Assembly (NCBI GenBank): GCA_965200245.1 | Contig: CBDATS010000004.1 | Coordinates: forward strand, 1,344,001-1,408,000 | DNA from: a bacterium | GTDB taxonomy: Bacteria > UBA8248 | Length of the DNA stretch: 64,000 nucleotides | Direction of reading: 5' to 3' | Shown: positions 40,742 through 51,639 of the stretch, piece by piece | Layout of the letters: each line of letters starts with the position of its first letter | How positions within the stretch are numbered: position 1 is the stretch's first letter | The notes under the pieces: generated by a model | Told to the model about the DNA's origin: nothing | Database searches by the model: none | What the model saw: only the letters and a program-made list of their open reading frames with translations | Program-made: the position numbers and the translations under genes

Positions 40742-42361
40742 TCAGATAGCGACGTCTTGTTGATACAGGCCGAAAACCTCGCGCATGGTGTCCGAGATCT
40801 CCCCGACCGTGGACTCGGCTTTCACCGCCCTAAGGATGTAGGGCAGAAGGTTATCGTTACTTCTCGCCGCGTGACTCAAGGCGTCGAGCGCTTCGCTCAC
40901 TCGATCGGCGTGGCGCCGTATCCTCAGCGAGGTCACGCGTTCTTTTTGTTCTCCCTCGACTTCCGGACGAATCTGGAGCGTCGATATGCGCGATTCTTCT
41001 TCTTGCTGGTAGCGGTTCACTCCGACGACGACTATCTTCCCTTCATCGACGAGCCGCTGGTAAGCGTAGGCACTTTCCTGAATCTGGCGCTGCACCCATC
41101 CCGTCTCGATGGCATGAAGCATACCGCCCGAATCGTCGATCTCCTGAATGATCTCCGCCGCCCGTGAGGCAATCTCCGACGTCAACGCCTCAATGGCGTA
41201 CGCACCACCGCACGGATCCGCCACGTTCGGCACATTCGACTCCTCGGCGAGTATCTGCTGGGTTCTGAGCGCGAGTCTCGCTGCATCTTCCGTGGGAAGG
41301 GAGAGGGCCTCATCCATCGAGTTCGTGTGAAGCGACTGCGTGCCTCCCAACACGGCGGCCATCGCCTGAAGGGCGACGCGCACGACGTTGTTTTTCGGTT
41401 GTTGCGCCGTCAGTGCGCTGCCAGCGGTCTGGGAATGGAACCGCAGCATGCAGGCCTTCTCGGAACGTGCGCCGAAGCGTTCACGCATGATCCGCGCCCA
41501 GAGCATGCGCGCAGCGCGAAACTTCGCGATTTCCTCCAGAAAATGATTGTGGACGTTGAAGAAAAACGAGATGTGCGAACCGAGTTCATCCACTTTCAGG
41601 CCTGCAGCGACCGCGGCCTCCACATATGCGATGGCGTTTGCCAGCGTGAAGGCAACCTCCTGAACGGCTGTGGACCCTGCCTCGCGGATGTGGTAGCCGC
41701 TTATGGATATGGCGTTCCACTTCGGAACCCTGTCCTTGCAGAACTCCATGGTATCGGTGATGAGGCGCAGGCTTGCCTCGGGCGGATATATATAGGTTCC
41801 GCGCGAGATGTATTCCTTTAAAATGTCGTTTTGCACGGTTCCCCTGAGCGCCTCGGAAGGAATGCCGTGTTTTTCTGCCACCGCGACGTACAGGGCCAGC
41901 AGGATAGGGGCGGTAGCGTTGATGGTCATCGAAGTGGAAATCTTGTCCAGCGGGATGTCATCAAGCAGAATCTCCATGTCCTCGATGGAGGCGATGGATA
42001 CCCCCACGCGGCCCACTTCGCCATACACCAGGGGGTGGTCCGGGTCGTAGCCTATCTGGGTGGGGAGATCGAACGCCACGGAAATCCCCATCTGCCCGTG
42101 ATCGAGGAGGTAGCGGTAGCGGTGGTTGCTCTCGCGCGCGCTGCCGAAACCGGCATATTGGCGCATCGTCCAGAGCCTGTCCCGGTACATGTTCCTGTAG
42201 ATGCCGCGTGTGTAGGGATGCGCCCCCGGCTTCTCGTCGAGGTTTCGCGAATCTTCCTCACCCGGACCGAAATACGCCGGCAGCGTGATACCGGAAAGGG
42301 TGGCTCTACCCTCCTCCTCACTCCAGGCCATTTGGGCCGTGGCGATACTCGGCTCACTCAT
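40742..42361 (-). CDS. Methylmalonyl-CoA mutase, catalytic large subunit
   Basis: [38 protein letters not shown]; no DxHxxG B12 domain. Confidence 0.92.
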   Translation of the reverse strand: MSEPSIATAQMAWSEEEGRATLSGITLPAYFGPGEEDSRNLDEKPGAHPYTRGIYRNMYRDRLWTMRQYAGFGSARESNHRYRYLLDHGQMGISVAFDLPTQIGYDPDHPLVYGEVGRVGVSIASIEDMEILLDDIPLDKISTSMTINATAPILLALYVAVAEKHGIPSEALRGTVQNDILKEYISRGTYIYPPEASLRLITDTMEFCKDRVPKWNAISISGYHIREAGSTAVQEVAFTLANAIAYVEAAVAAGLKVDELGSHISFFFNVHNHFLEEIAKFRAARMLWARIMRERFGARSEKACMLRFHSQTAGSALTAQQPKNNVVRVALQAMAAVLGGTQSLHTNSMDEALSLPTEDAARLALRTQQILAEESNVPNVADPCGGAYAIEALTSEIASRAAEIIQEIDDSGGMLHAIETGWVQRQIQESAYAYQRLVDEGKIVVVGVNRYQQEEESRISTLQIRPEVEGEQKERVTSLRIRRHADRVSEALDALSHAARSNDNLLPYILRAVKAESTVGEISDTMREVFGLYQQDVAI

Positions 42362-42559
42362 CGTGAGAAACCTCTGCAAAGCGAGAATATGTATGCATCT
42401 TTATTTCAGGGAGGTACAAAATATCATATTCGTGCGCTATCAAGCCAGCTTTAAGGCATCGCCGGTATCCGGCAAGATGAGACTATGGCAGGCACATGCG
42501 TCGCCTCCTGAAAATTTCCCGGAAATTCCAAAATCGCGTGATTTGGGGTAAACTAGGGC

Positions 42560-43165
42560 ATGGCTACCTACCGCTTGCCCCTGTTTCCGCTTCAAATCGT
42601 CCTTTTTCCGGGTCAGCAACTGCCCCTGCACATTTTCGAGGAGCGCTACAAGACCATGATCGGCGAGTGCATCGAATACGAATCCCCCTTCGGAATCGTA
42701 CTTGCAGGGGAAAGCGGCATTCACAAAGTCGGATGCACGGCCCGTATCTCTGAAGTTGTCGAAACATTTCCCGACGGCAGGATGAACGTCCTCGCCCTGG
42801 GCGGACAGCGTTTCGAGTTGTTTCGCGTCTATGATACCCAGCCCTATTTCGAGGGGGAGGTGAGCGATTATCATGACAGGGAAGGGGTCGACCCCACGGA
42901 ATTGTGCCAATTGGTGTGGGAGGCTCTCGAAAAAAGCGATCCTCCCCGATTGAATCTGTCCGAGGATTTGTTGGAGGATCCGTTCCTCTTCTCATTCGCC
43001 GTCGCCGGGGAACTCAAGATGCCACTTCGGGAAAAGCAAATTTTCCTGCGTTCGAGTTCTCTCGAATGGCGGCTGAAGCGGCTGATCGCGTATCTCAGAG
43101 AAGACGAACACCGGAAATTCGACTATGCCGACCACGAGAAATCCGCCCACAGAAACGGACATTAA
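42560..43165 (+). CDS. LON peptidase substrate-binding domain protein
   Basis: LPLFPL..VLFPG..LPLHIFEERY, VGCTARI. Confidence 0.9.
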   Translation: MATYRLPLFPLQIVLFPGQQLPLHIFEERYKTMIGECIEYESPFGIVLAGESGIHKVGCTARISEVVETFPDGRMNVLALGGQRFELFRVYDTQPYFEGEVSDYHDREGVDPTELCQLVWEALEKSDPPRLNLSEDLLEDPFLFSFAVAGELKMPLREKQIFLRSSSLEWRLKRLIAYLREDEHRKFDYADHEKSAHRNGH

Positions 43166-43203
43166 TGCATTTCAACCGTTGATGGGAAAGCCTGGGCAGT
43201 TCG

Positions 43204-43989
43204 CTATCGTTCTCCTTCCAGCACCTGGACGCGCTCGACAGAAAACGCCCTTCCGGTATCGGGGTCTATCTCGACGAGCACACCGTTCAACTGTCCCTCC
43301 CCCCCAGCCACTTCGAAGCGACGCGGAAGCCCGGTTATGAATTTTTCGAGAACGATCTCCGTCTTCATCCCGATAATGGAGTTGCGAGGCCCCGTCATGC
43401 CGACATCCGTGATAAAGGCCGTTCCCTTGGGCAGTACTCGCTCGTCCGCCGTTTGAATGTGGGTGTGCGTGCCGAAGACGGCACTTACGCGGCCGTTGAG
43501 ATGCCAGCCCATTGCCACCTTCTCACTCGTGGCCTCCGCGTGAAAATCGACAATGATCATCTTCGTCTCACGGCCTACGCTTTTGATGAGACTGTCGGCT
43601 TCCCGGAAAGGACACTCGATGGGCGGCATGAAGACGCGACCCATGAGGTTCAAGACGGCGAGGCTTCCCTGTTCGGTTTCGAGGACGAAGATACCCTTGC
43701 CCGGCGTTCGGGGAGGGTAATTGCCGGGTCTGAGCAGACGCGGTTCACGCAGAATGAAATCGGACGTCTCCTTGCGGTTCCAGATGTGATTCCCCGATGT
43801 GATGACGTCTGCGCCTGCATCAAGCAGTTCATCCACGTGGGAGTTGTTGAGCCCGAAGCCGCCGGCCGCATTCTCTCCGTTGATGACGCACACGTCCACC
43901 CCGTGTTCTTGCTTGAGCGTGCCCAGATGGGTACAGGCCATGCGGCGGCCCACCTTGCCCGTGACGTCTCCGACAAACAGGAGTCTCAA
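43204..43989 (-). CDS. ymdB: YmdB-family metallophosphoesterase
   Basis: GDVTG, NGENAAGG, DFHAEATSEK, GTHTHIQT; follows rny. Confidence 0.93.
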   Translation of the reverse strand: MRLLFVGDVTGKVGRRMACTHLGTLKQEHGVDVCVINGENAAGGFGLNNSHVDELLDAGADVITSGNHIWNRKETSDFILREPRLLRPGNYPPRTPGKGIFVLETEQGSLAVLNLMGRVFMPPIECPFREADSLIKSVGRETKMIIVDFHAEATSEKVAMGWHLNGRVSAVFGTHTHIQTADERVLPKGTAFITDVGMTGPRNSIIGMKTEIVLEKFITGLPRRFEVAGGEGQLNGVLVEIDPDTGRAFSVERVQVLEGER

Positions 43990-43996
43990 GACGACC

Positions 43997-45580
43997 TCAA
44001 CGCGCGGTGGCTACGTGGCGGGTCTCACGGATGACGGTGACGAGTATCTCACCCGGATAAGTGCGTTCACTCTCGATTCTCTTGGCTATATCACGCGCCA
44101 GGAAAGTGGCCTGCGAGTCGTTGACCTCATCGGGCAGGACCGACACGCGAATCTCCCGGCCCGCCTGGATGGCGAAGCACTTCTCCACGCCCTTGAATGA
44201 TTCGGCGATCTTCTCCAACGCCTCCAGTCGCTTGATGTAGCTCTCCACCATTTCGCGCCTGGCTCCCGGCCGGGCGGCGGAAAGCGTATCGGCCGCCTTC
44301 ACCAAGATGGATTCGATGCAGTTCGCCTCCTCGTCCTCATGGTGAGAGACGATGGCGTTCAAGACCTCGGGCGGTTCGTTGTAACGCTTGGCGATGTCAA
44401 AGCCGATCTGGACGTGGGAACCCTCGACCTCATGCGTCGCCGCCTTGCCGATGTCGTGAAACAAACCTGCCCGCTTTGCCATTGTGGGGTCGATGCGCAA
44501 CTCGTCCGCCAGCATGCCAGCGAGATAGGCCACCTCTTTTGAGTGCATGAGCGCGTTCTGGCTGTAACTCGTGCGGTACTTGAGCCTCCCGAGCAGGTTC
44601 ACGAGTTCGGGATGCACATCGCCGACTCCGAGTTCCATGATGGCCTCCTCGCCCGCCCGGCGTATCTGGGAGTCGATGTCTCTTTTCGTCTTGTTGACAA
44701 TGTCCTCGATGCGACCCGGATGGATTCTCCCATCCTGCACGAGTGCCTCGAGCGCGAGGCGTGCCGTCTCTCGGCGCACCTTGTCGAAACCCGAAACGAC
44801 GACGGCCTCGGGCGTGTCGTCGATAATCACGTCCACCCCTGTTGCCATCTCAAGGGCACGTATATTTCTCCCTTCACGGCCGATGATGCGGCCCTTCATC
44901 TCATCGGTGGGCAAATCCACTACGCTAACCAGGTTTTCTGCCACGTGTTCGGAGGAAAAGCGTTCCACGGCCAGGGCGAGTGTGTTTTTCGCCCTGGTCT
45001 CCGCGGTATTCCTTGCCTGGCGTTCAAGACGCTGTACCTCGGCGGCGATATCCTGTTTCGCCTCCTCCATGAAGCGATCCATCAGTTCTTTTTTCGCGTT
45101 CTCGACGCTGAGGCCGGAGATTTCCTCGAGTTTTCTGATCTCCTCCTCCTGCAACTGCCTGTAGCGCGCCTCCTCGCGCTTCAAATCCTGTTCCTTTTCG
45201 CTCAAGTCGGCGGCGCGACGCTCAAGCGCCGCTTCCTTGCCTTCCAGGTTTTCACGACGCCTGTCCAGCACCTCTTCGCGCTGGTTCACCCTTTGCTCGA
45301 GTTTTTGCAACTCATCCACACGGGATTTGTTCTCCCGCTCAAAGCGTTCTCTCTCCTGCAGCAACTCTGCCTTGTGTGCGACTTGTGATTCCTGAATCTT
45401 TTGAGCGAGTTCCTTGGCCGCGCTATCGTTCACCTCCTGAATCCGCTTGTCGGCGTCCGCCTCCATGCGGTCCATCGTCTCTTCATGCCGGCGTTGCATC
45501 GCCCGCTTGCTCAACAACACTGCCAAGCACACGAGTACGACGGCAACAACAGCTATTTGCCACAAAGCCACGTTATCCAT
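43997..45580 (-). CDS. rny: Ribonuclease Y
   Basis: TM anchor, coiled coil, [12 protein letters not shown] (KH), HDIGK (HD); GGAGG SD before ATG 45580. Confidence 0.96.
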   Translation of the reverse strand: MDNVALWQIAVVAVVLVCLAVLLSKRAMQRRHEETMDRMEADADKRIQEVNDSAAKELAQKIQESQVAHKAELLQERERFERENKSRVDELQKLEQRVNQREEVLDRRRENLEGKEAALERRAADLSEKEQDLKREEARYRQLQEEEIRKLEEISGLSVENAKKELMDRFMEEAKQDIAAEVQRLERQARNTAETRAKNTLALAVERFSSEHVAENLVSVVDLPTDEMKGRIIGREGRNIRALEMATGVDVIIDDTPEAVVVSGFDKVRRETARLALEALVQDGRIHPGRIEDIVNKTKRDIDSQIRRAGEEAIMELGVGDVHPELVNLLGRLKYRTSYSQNALMHSKEVAYLAGMLADELRIDPTMAKRAGLFHDIGKAATHEVEGSHVQIGFDIAKRYNEPPEVLNAIVSHHEDEEANCIESILVKAADTLSAARPGARREMVESYIKRLEALEKIAESFKGVEKCFAIQAGREIRVSVLPDEVNDSQATFLARDIAKRIESERTYPGEILVTVIRETRHVATAR

Positions 45581-46208
45581 ATTCGCCTCCTGGGGCCATA
45601 TATTCACGTGAGAGGCATCGCAGCGCCTCCCGATCGGTTATCACCCAATCAACGTTGACATCCCATGCGTCGTGTTTCCAGGATTCGCCATTGAGCAACT
45701 GAAACCTGAACCCGGCGCCCACCAGAATAGGGGCGGAGCGCTCCGAGCCGTCACGATGCCCCTGAAAGGTGCGGTCGTAGTATCCGCCGCCGGTTCCCAG
45801 CCGGCCGCCATACAAATCGAACGCAAGGCCGGGGATCACGACCACATCAAGTTCGTTCACATCCAGGGGGGGAATATTGCGGATGGGTTCTGGAATTTGA
45901 AGCGTGCCCGGCTGAAGTTCCGATTCAGGGTCATTCACCGGACAGAAGTGTAAAATTTCTTTCCCCACACGGGGGAAGAAATATGTCCTTTTCGCATTGC
46001 TGCCTTCACTCCAGAGCGACGAAAAATCCATCTCGCCGCGAACCGCCGCATATATTCCGACCCTGCGCGCGCCCATGAATGCAAGAAAAGAATCCAGGCG
46101 CCGTCCCGCCAAGTGGTTCAACACACTGGCCTCGGCAGGGGAAAATCGTTCTCTCATCTCCTTCATTTTCAGCCGAACATCCCGTTTCCTGGTTTCTGAT
46201 TCGGCCAT
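45573..46208 (-). CDS. 5-formyltetrahydrofolate cyclo-ligase
   Basis: [17 protein letters not shown]; downstream of 6S RNA. Confidence 0.9.
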   Translation of the reverse strand: MAESETRKRDVRLKMKEMRERFSPAEASVLNHLAGRRLDSFLAFMGARRVGIYAAVRGEMDFSSLWSEGSNAKRTYFFPRVGKEILHFCPVNDPESELQPGTLQIPEPIRNIPPLDVNELDVVVIPGLAFDLYGGRLGTGGGYYDRTFQGHRDGSERSAPILVGAGFRFQLLNGESWKHDAWDVNVDWVITDREALRCLSREYMAPGGEYG

Positions 46209-46291
46209 GAACCCTCTTTCAACGCCAAACCCGAGTCCCTTGCGCGCGAGACCGGAAATATCGACCGCAGACTCAGGCGCTATGTCAGTAA

Positions 46292-46471
46292 TGACCCCGC
46301 CTTGTGCCGTGTGAAGTTCGCTTTGAACCCAGCTTTCGCCAGGTGGGCGTCCACATCCATGGCTTTAGGCCGAAATCCCCGAGAGGAATAGCTCACCACC
46401 GTGGGGCAGGACTCCCGTTACAATAGTACTGGGTCAAAATGCTTTGCCCCATCACGTACACGGCAGGGTCA
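46292..46471 (-). ncRNA. ssrS: 6S RNA
   Basis: About 180 nt between zapA and 5-FCL; complementary ends GACCCTGCCGTGT...ACACGGCACAAGGCGGGGTC. Confidence 0.88.
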
Positions 46472-46547
46472 AAAACAAAAGAGCATTATGACACTAAAAC
46501 CAGGGGATGAATACAGGGAAAAACTACTGCGTGGAGAAAACGATTGT

Positions 46548-46826
46548 TCAGCGCGCTTTTCTCACCATCTCCAGCAAAGAATCAGCGCGTTGGGAGAGGA
46601 CTTCCTCACTTCGTTGTTTCTTTTTTCTCTCCTCGAACAACTCGTTGGCGATGTTCATTGACGCCAGCAATGCGACCTTTATCGGATCGTTCGACTGACG
46701 TGAGACCTTGTGAATTTGAGAATCCACATATTCGGCGAGTTGCAACGTGTAACCCGTGTCGGCCGAACTTCTCAGGTTCAGGGAATGACCAAATATCTCT
46801 ACCACGAATGTATTCTCCCCGGCCAT
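46548..46826 (-). CDS. zapA: Cell division protein ZapA
   Basis: VEIFG, LAEYVD, VALLASMNIANE. Confidence 0.9.
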   Translation of the reverse strand: MAGENTFVVEIFGHSLNLRSSADTGYTLQLAEYVDSQIHKVSRQSNDPIKVALLASMNIANELFEERKKKQRSEEVLSQRADSLLEMVRKAR

Positions 46827-46870
46827 AAGCAGTCTCCTTATTGCCGTTATCCTCTATATCCTGCGACGAA

Positions 46871-47125
46871 CTACTCAATGTGCGTCAGAATCTTCTCCAC
46901 ACGCTCCCGAACATCGGCCAGTTCTTTTTGAAGCCGTGTGTTCTCCGCCTGACATTTTGCCAATTCGTCAGCCTGGACGCGCACGGACTGGGATTCGGTG
47001 CGGGCCTCTTCCTTAAGATTTTGGAGTTGCGTCTCCAACTCCGCACGTGAACCCTTCAGGGCGTTACGTTCCTCCAAAAGATTCGTGAGCGCGGTTTCAA
47101 GGGCATTTAATTTATCGATGACCAT
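46871..47125 (-). CDS. ZapB-like coiled-coil protein
   Basis: 84-aa heptad coiled coil upstream of zapA. Confidence 0.7.
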   Translation of the reverse strand: MVIDKLNALETALTNLLEERNALKGSRAELETQLQNLKEEARTESQSVRVQADELAKCQAENTRLQKELADVRERVEKILTHIE

Positions 47126-47215
47126 TCAGCCACTCTTTCCAAGGGCGAAAAAAACAATTTCGACAGTACGTTGAAATAATTTTAGGTTCGGACATAATCG
47201 GTGTCAAGGAAGCCA

Positions 47216-49627
47216 TCATGAGCGCAGCCGCGCACCCAGTCGCTCGCCCAACGCCCCGACAATTTCATCGAACGCTTCGCCGACTTGTTCGTCGGTGAGT
47301 GTGGCCTCAGGATTTCGGAACACAAGCGAATAGGCCAGACTTTTCTCTGCCGAGGCCTTGAGAGCAGCGTCCTGATAGACATCGAACAGATTCACCGACT
47401 CGAGCCAGTCTCCCCCCGACCGGCGTATGAGTTCTTCTACCTCACCATTGGTCCGTGTTGTGTCCACCACGACCGCCAGATCGCGCAGTGAGGCCGGGTA
47501 CCTCGGCAAGGGATTTAATCGACGGGGAGCGGTTTCGATTTCCGACAATGTGCCGAGGCTAATTTCGAAAGCGGCCACACCCGTCTCGATGTCCCAGATG
47601 GCCATCGCCTCTTGCGCCACCAGACCGACGTGGCCAAGCGTCGCATCGCCGGCGAGAATCCTGGAAACCGCCGATGGTGCCCAACCCGGAGCGGTTTCGA
47701 CCGGCTCGAACAGGAGATTCTCCAGCTTCAGGGATGCGAGAAAGCGCTCGAGCACCCCTTTGAGTTCGGACAAAGCCGCTGGAAGCGACACGCCATCTCC
47801 TGACGCTGTGTCACCGCCACTGACACCCCCCAGTCGCAGCACCTGCTTCGGCAAGGTTTCTCCATCCGATGGATGAAACGTGCGTCCCAGCTCAAACAGG
47901 CGTATGTCGCTTGTGCCGCGGCTCAGGTTGTGTGCCACATTCGCGAGCAAGCCCGCGAGCAGCGTGGTTCTGAGCACGTCCATCTCGCCGCTCAGGGGAT
48001 TGCGCAGTGCCACCATCTGCTCATCGCGCCATCCCATGCGCCCCAGATCCCCTTTGCTCACGAAGCTGTAGTTGAGCGCCTCGCTGAAGCCTCCGGCCAC
48101 CATGAACCTTCGTGCCTGAAGTTCCAGCTTGCGGGTGCGCGTAGGCCTTGCGGGAGGGCTTCCCGAAGCTGGGAGAGTGGCGGGTATGTTCTCATAGCCC
48201 ACCCTTCTGCCTACCTCTTCGATGAGATCGATTTCGCGCTCGATGTCGGGCCGGAAAGTGGGAACCTCGACACTGAAGATGTCTTCTTCCTGCTCGTTTA
48301 CGATAAGTCCCAGGGATTCGAGACTCTGTCTCACCCGGGGGCCTTCCAGGGGAACGCCGAGCAGCCTGGACGCACGTGCCACCCGAATCGGCACCAGCCG
48401 GGGCAAAATAGGCGTGGGATGTATATCCACCACACCCCGGGCGACTGCGCCGCCCGCAGTCTGGCGAATGAGTTCGATGGCCATATCCGCCGCTCGCACC
48501 GTGCCCGAGGGGTCCACGCCCCTCTCGAAGCGATACGACGCCTCGGTCGACATGCCCAGACGCCTGCGGGTGCGGCGGATGGTCTGGGGTGTGAAATAGG
48601 CGCTTTCCAGCAGGATGTCCCGGGTGTCATCGCTCACCTCGGAATAGAGTCCCCCCATCACGCCACCGATGGCGACGGGCTTTTCACCGTCACAGATCAT
48701 GAGGTCTTCACAGTCCATCCCGCGCTGTTGGCCGTCGAGCGTGGTGAAGGGGCCGTCGTTCTCCTCCCAACGTCTCACGATGATTTTATGCTCAGCGAGG
48801 CGGTGCAGATCGAACGCGTGGAGCGGCTGTCCGAGTGAGAGCATCACGTAGTTCGTCACGTCGACCACGTTGTTGATCGGCCTCATCCCAGCCGCACGCA
48901 GACGCCGTGCCATCCATCCGGGCGATGGGCGGATTTCCGCGTCTTGGATGATGCGGGCAGCGTAGCGAGGACATTTGTCCGGCTCCCAAATCTCCACCGC
49001 ACATACCGACGCGGCGGAAGTTCTCTCATCCTCTTCGACGGAAATCTCAGGCGACTTGAGCGAAGTTCCCAAAAGAGCCGCCGCCTCACGCGCCACACCG
49101 ATGACAGAGAGACAATCCGCGCGGTTCGGCGTGATCGAGATGTCAAAAATCACGTCGCTCAGACCCAGGAACTTCGCAGCGTCTGCTCCTATCTCCTGTT
49201 CTTTGTCAAGCAACATGATGCCGCCATGATCCCTCCCCAAACCGAGTTCGCGTTCCGAGCAAATCATCCCTTCGCTCTGCTCGCCGCGAATCCTGGCCAC
49301 TTCGATTTTCATCCCGCCGGGCATCCGCACCCCGGGTGTGGCCAGCACGACGCGCTCTCCCGCCGCGACGTTGGGCGCACCGCATACCACGGAATGCTCC
49401 CCCGCGCCGTCCGCCACGCGGCAGATTTTCAACCTGTCCGCATTGGGATGGGGGTCGACCGACATGATTTCAGCCACCACGAGCCCCTCGAACGACGCAT
49501 CGGGCCGTTCGAGCGCCTCGACCTCGAGACCGGCAAGCAGAAGCCCGTTCGCCAGCCGATCGGGCAGTTCGGGGTCTTCCATATCCAGGTCGATGAAATC
49601 GGCGAGCCATTCCAGGCTAATCCGCAT
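47216..49627 (-). CDS. pheT: Phenylalanine--tRNA ligase beta subunit
   Basis: HPNADRL, CGAPN, TPNRADCLS, RFERGVD, C-terminal anticodon-binding domain. Confidence 0.97.
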   Translation of the reverse strand: MRISLEWLADFIDLDMEDPELPDRLANGLLLAGLEVEALERPDASFEGLVVAEIMSVDPHPNADRLKICRVADGAGEHSVVCGAPNVAAGERVVLATPGVRMPGGMKIEVARIRGEQSEGMICSERELGLGRDHGGIMLLDKEQEIGADAAKFLGLSDVIFDISITPNRADCLSVIGVAREAAALLGTSLKSPEISVEEDERTSAASVCAVEIWEPDKCPRYAARIIQDAEIRPSPGWMARRLRAAGMRPINNVVDVTNYVMLSLGQPLHAFDLHRLAEHKIIVRRWEENDGPFTTLDGQQRGMDCEDLMICDGEKPVAIGGVMGGLYSEVSDDTRDILLESAYFTPQTIRRTRRRLGMSTEASYRFERGVDPSGTVRAADMAIELIRQTAGGAVARGVVDIHPTPILPRLVPIRVARASRLLGVPLEGPRVRQSLESLGLIVNEQEEDIFSVEVPTFRPDIEREIDLIEEVGRRVGYENIPATLPASGSPPARPTRTRKLELQARRFMVAGGFSEALNYSFVSKGDLGRMGWRDEQMVALRNPLSGEMDVLRTTLLAGLLANVAHNLSRGTSDIRLFELGRTFHPSDGETLPKQVLRLGGVSGGDTASGDGVSLPAALSELKGVLERFLASLKLENLLFEPVETAPGWAPSAVSRILAGDATLGHVGLVAQEAMAIWDIETGVAAFEISLGTLSEIETAPRRLNPLPRYPASLRDLAVVVDTTRTNGEVEELIRRSGGDWLESVNLFDVYQDAALKASAEKSLAYSLVFRNPEATLTDEQVGEAFDEIVGALGERLGARLRS

Positions 49628-49659
49628 CGGGTTTCCTCATTGTGCGCGGGATTCCAAAA

Positions 49660-50766
49660 TCAGAATTGCCGCAACATTCTCAAATCGTTTTCAAAGAAAA
49701 GTCGGATGTCGCTGATGCCGTAGCGCAGCATGGTGATGCGTTCCACCCCCAGACCCCAGGCGAATCCGGTCCATCGCTCGGGGTCATATCCCACCGCTTC
49801 GAATACTGCCGGATCCACCATGCCCGCACCGAGGACTTCCATCCATTCCCCGTCCGCCACATGTTCGCTGGCGATGTCCACCTCGACGCTCGGCTCGGTG
49901 AAGGGGAAGAAACTGGGCCTCAGTCGCACGCGGTACTCCGGTCCGAAGATTTCACGTACGAAAGCCTCAAGCGTCCCCTTGAGATCTGCGAACGTGACAC
50001 CCTCATCGACGTAGAGACCCTCTATCTGGTGAAACATGGGTGAGTGCGTGACGTCGGCGTCGCAACGGAAAACCTTGCCGGGTGCGATGACCTTCACGGG
50101 CGGCGGCTGGCTTTCCATCACCCGAATCTGGACGGGCGAGGTGTGCGTGCGCAAAAGAGCGTCGCCGGTGAGATAAAACGTATCTTGCATATCGCGAGCG
50201 GGGTGATCCTTGGGGATGTTCAGGGCCTCGAAGTTGTAATAGTCGAGTTCTGCCTCAGGGCCTTCGGCTACGGAATAGCCCAGGCGCGTGAGCACCTCGA
50301 TCAAATCCTCCATCGTCTGGACGAGGGGATGCTCGTGGCCGATGAGTGGTGCACGTCCGGGAATCGTGAGGTCGAGTCGTGATTGGGCGGCGACATCGGC
50401 GGCCCCGAGAATCTCGTTCGTTCGCTGTTCGATCAACTCACACAACGCGCCACCCGCTTCCCTGTTTTTCAGGCTCTCGCCGAGGACGCGGTACGCTTCG
50501 ATTATCTTGTCCCTGTCATTTTCCCTGATGGCAGAGACGCTTGCCTCGATGTAGGCGCGAATGGAGTTGGCCAGAGGCCCGACGATGCGCTTCTCCTGCG
50601 CTGACAAATCCTTGAGACCCCGCATCACTTCGTTGAGCACACCGCCCTTGCGGCCCAGATAGCGGATGCGCACTGCCTGGGCCGCCCCCGCGTCGCGGGC
50701 AGTCCAGGCGTCCGACAACGCGCCTGAGGATTCACGGATAATGTCGACAAGCCGGTCTTCGCTCAT
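49660..50766 (-). CDS. pheS: Phenylalanine--tRNA ligase alpha subunit
   Basis: HPARDMQDTF, LRTHTSPVQ, FPFTEPS, GVERITM. Confidence 0.97.
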   Translation of the reverse strand: MSEDRLVDIIRESSGALSDAWTARDAGAAQAVRIRYLGRKGGVLNEVMRGLKDLSAQEKRIVGPLANSIRAYIEASVSAIRENDRDKIIEAYRVLGESLKNREAGGALCELIEQRTNEILGAADVAAQSRLDLTIPGRAPLIGHEHPLVQTMEDLIEVLTRLGYSVAEGPEAELDYYNFEALNIPKDHPARDMQDTFYLTGDALLRTHTSPVQIRVMESQPPPVKVIAPGKVFRCDADVTHSPMFHQIEGLYVDEGVTFADLKGTLEAFVREIFGPEYRVRLRPSFFPFTEPSVEVDIASEHVADGEWMEVLGAGMVDPAVFEAVGYDPERWTGFAWGLGVERITMLRYGISDIRLFFENDLRMLRQF

Positions 50767-50801
50767 GTCTGGTTCTCAAGTCCCATCCATTCGGGCAACA
50801 T

Positions 50802-50832
50802 AAAAAAGGCTCCACCCGGCAGGGTGGAGCCT
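50802..50832 (-). terminator. Rho-independent terminator after rplT
   Basis: Minus strand AGGCTCCACCC-TGCC-GGGTGGAGCCT then T-tract. Confidence 0.85.
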
Positions 50833-50851
50833 GAAGCACTTCTCCCTGGCT

Positions 50852-51208
50852 CTAGGCGGCTTGCGCCTTGGCGATTTCCACGAGTTTGCCGAAAGCCGGG
50901 GGATCATTGATCGCCATATCGGCCAGTATCTTGCGGTTCACTTCCACGCCCGCTTGGCCCAGTCCCCAGATGAAGCGGTTGTAGTTGAGGCCATGCAGCC
51001 GGGCCGCCGCATTGATGCGCACATTCCAGAGGCGCCTGAACTCGCGCTTGCGTACCCGGCGGTCACGATAGGCGTAAGCGCGGGCGCGGTGCACGGACTC
51101 CCGGGCGGAGCGAAAGCGTTTCGAGCGCGCGCCCCGAAAGCCCTTCGCTTCCTTGAGAAGCCTGCGATGTCTCTCCCTGCCCGCCGGTTTTCCTGTCGAA
51201 CGCGGCAT
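50852..51208 (-). CDS. rplT: 50S ribosomal protein L20
   Basis: [35 protein letters not shown]. Confidence 0.97.
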   Translation of the reverse strand: MPRSTGKPAGRERHRRLLKEAKGFRGARSKRFRSARESVHRARAYAYRDRRVRKREFRRLWNVRINAAARLHGLNYNRFIWGLGQAGVEVNRKILADMAINDPPAFGKLVEIAKAQAA

Positions 51209-51441
51209 GATTCTGTTACTCCCTCAACGGTGATTTTCTTTCATAGCCCCGGAGTCCGCCCGGAATTTTCAAACAATCCCGGCGACCGACCGAGGGGGAC
51301 TATACCCCCACGGACAAATGACCGCAAGCCCGATGCGTCGGAAAAAAAGAGCGAACTACCTTTATTTGACCACCGGATTGCTCATCTGCCTCCCGATCCG
51401 GGGAAACGACGGAGGTGCCTCAACGATGTGTCGCGAAAAGG

Positions 51442-51639
51442 CTACATATAAGGAATGAGCCGCTTGATCATCTTCGCGCCCGTGGGATTCGCGATGGTGC
51501 TGTGGCGTAGTTCCCGTTTTCTTTTCGTCGTCTTCTTCGTCAGGATATGACGGTGATGGGAGCGGTTGCGCCTCACCTTGCCCGTGGCCGTGATCTTGAA
51601 GCGCTTGGCTGCTCCGCGATTCGTCTTCATCTTAGGCAT
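51442..51639 (-). CDS. rpmI: 50S ribosomal protein L35
   Basis: [21 protein letters not shown]. Confidence 0.97.
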   Translation of the reverse strand: MPKMKTNRGAAKRFKITATGKVRRNRSHHRHILTKKTTKRKRELRHSTIANPTGAKMIKRLIPYM

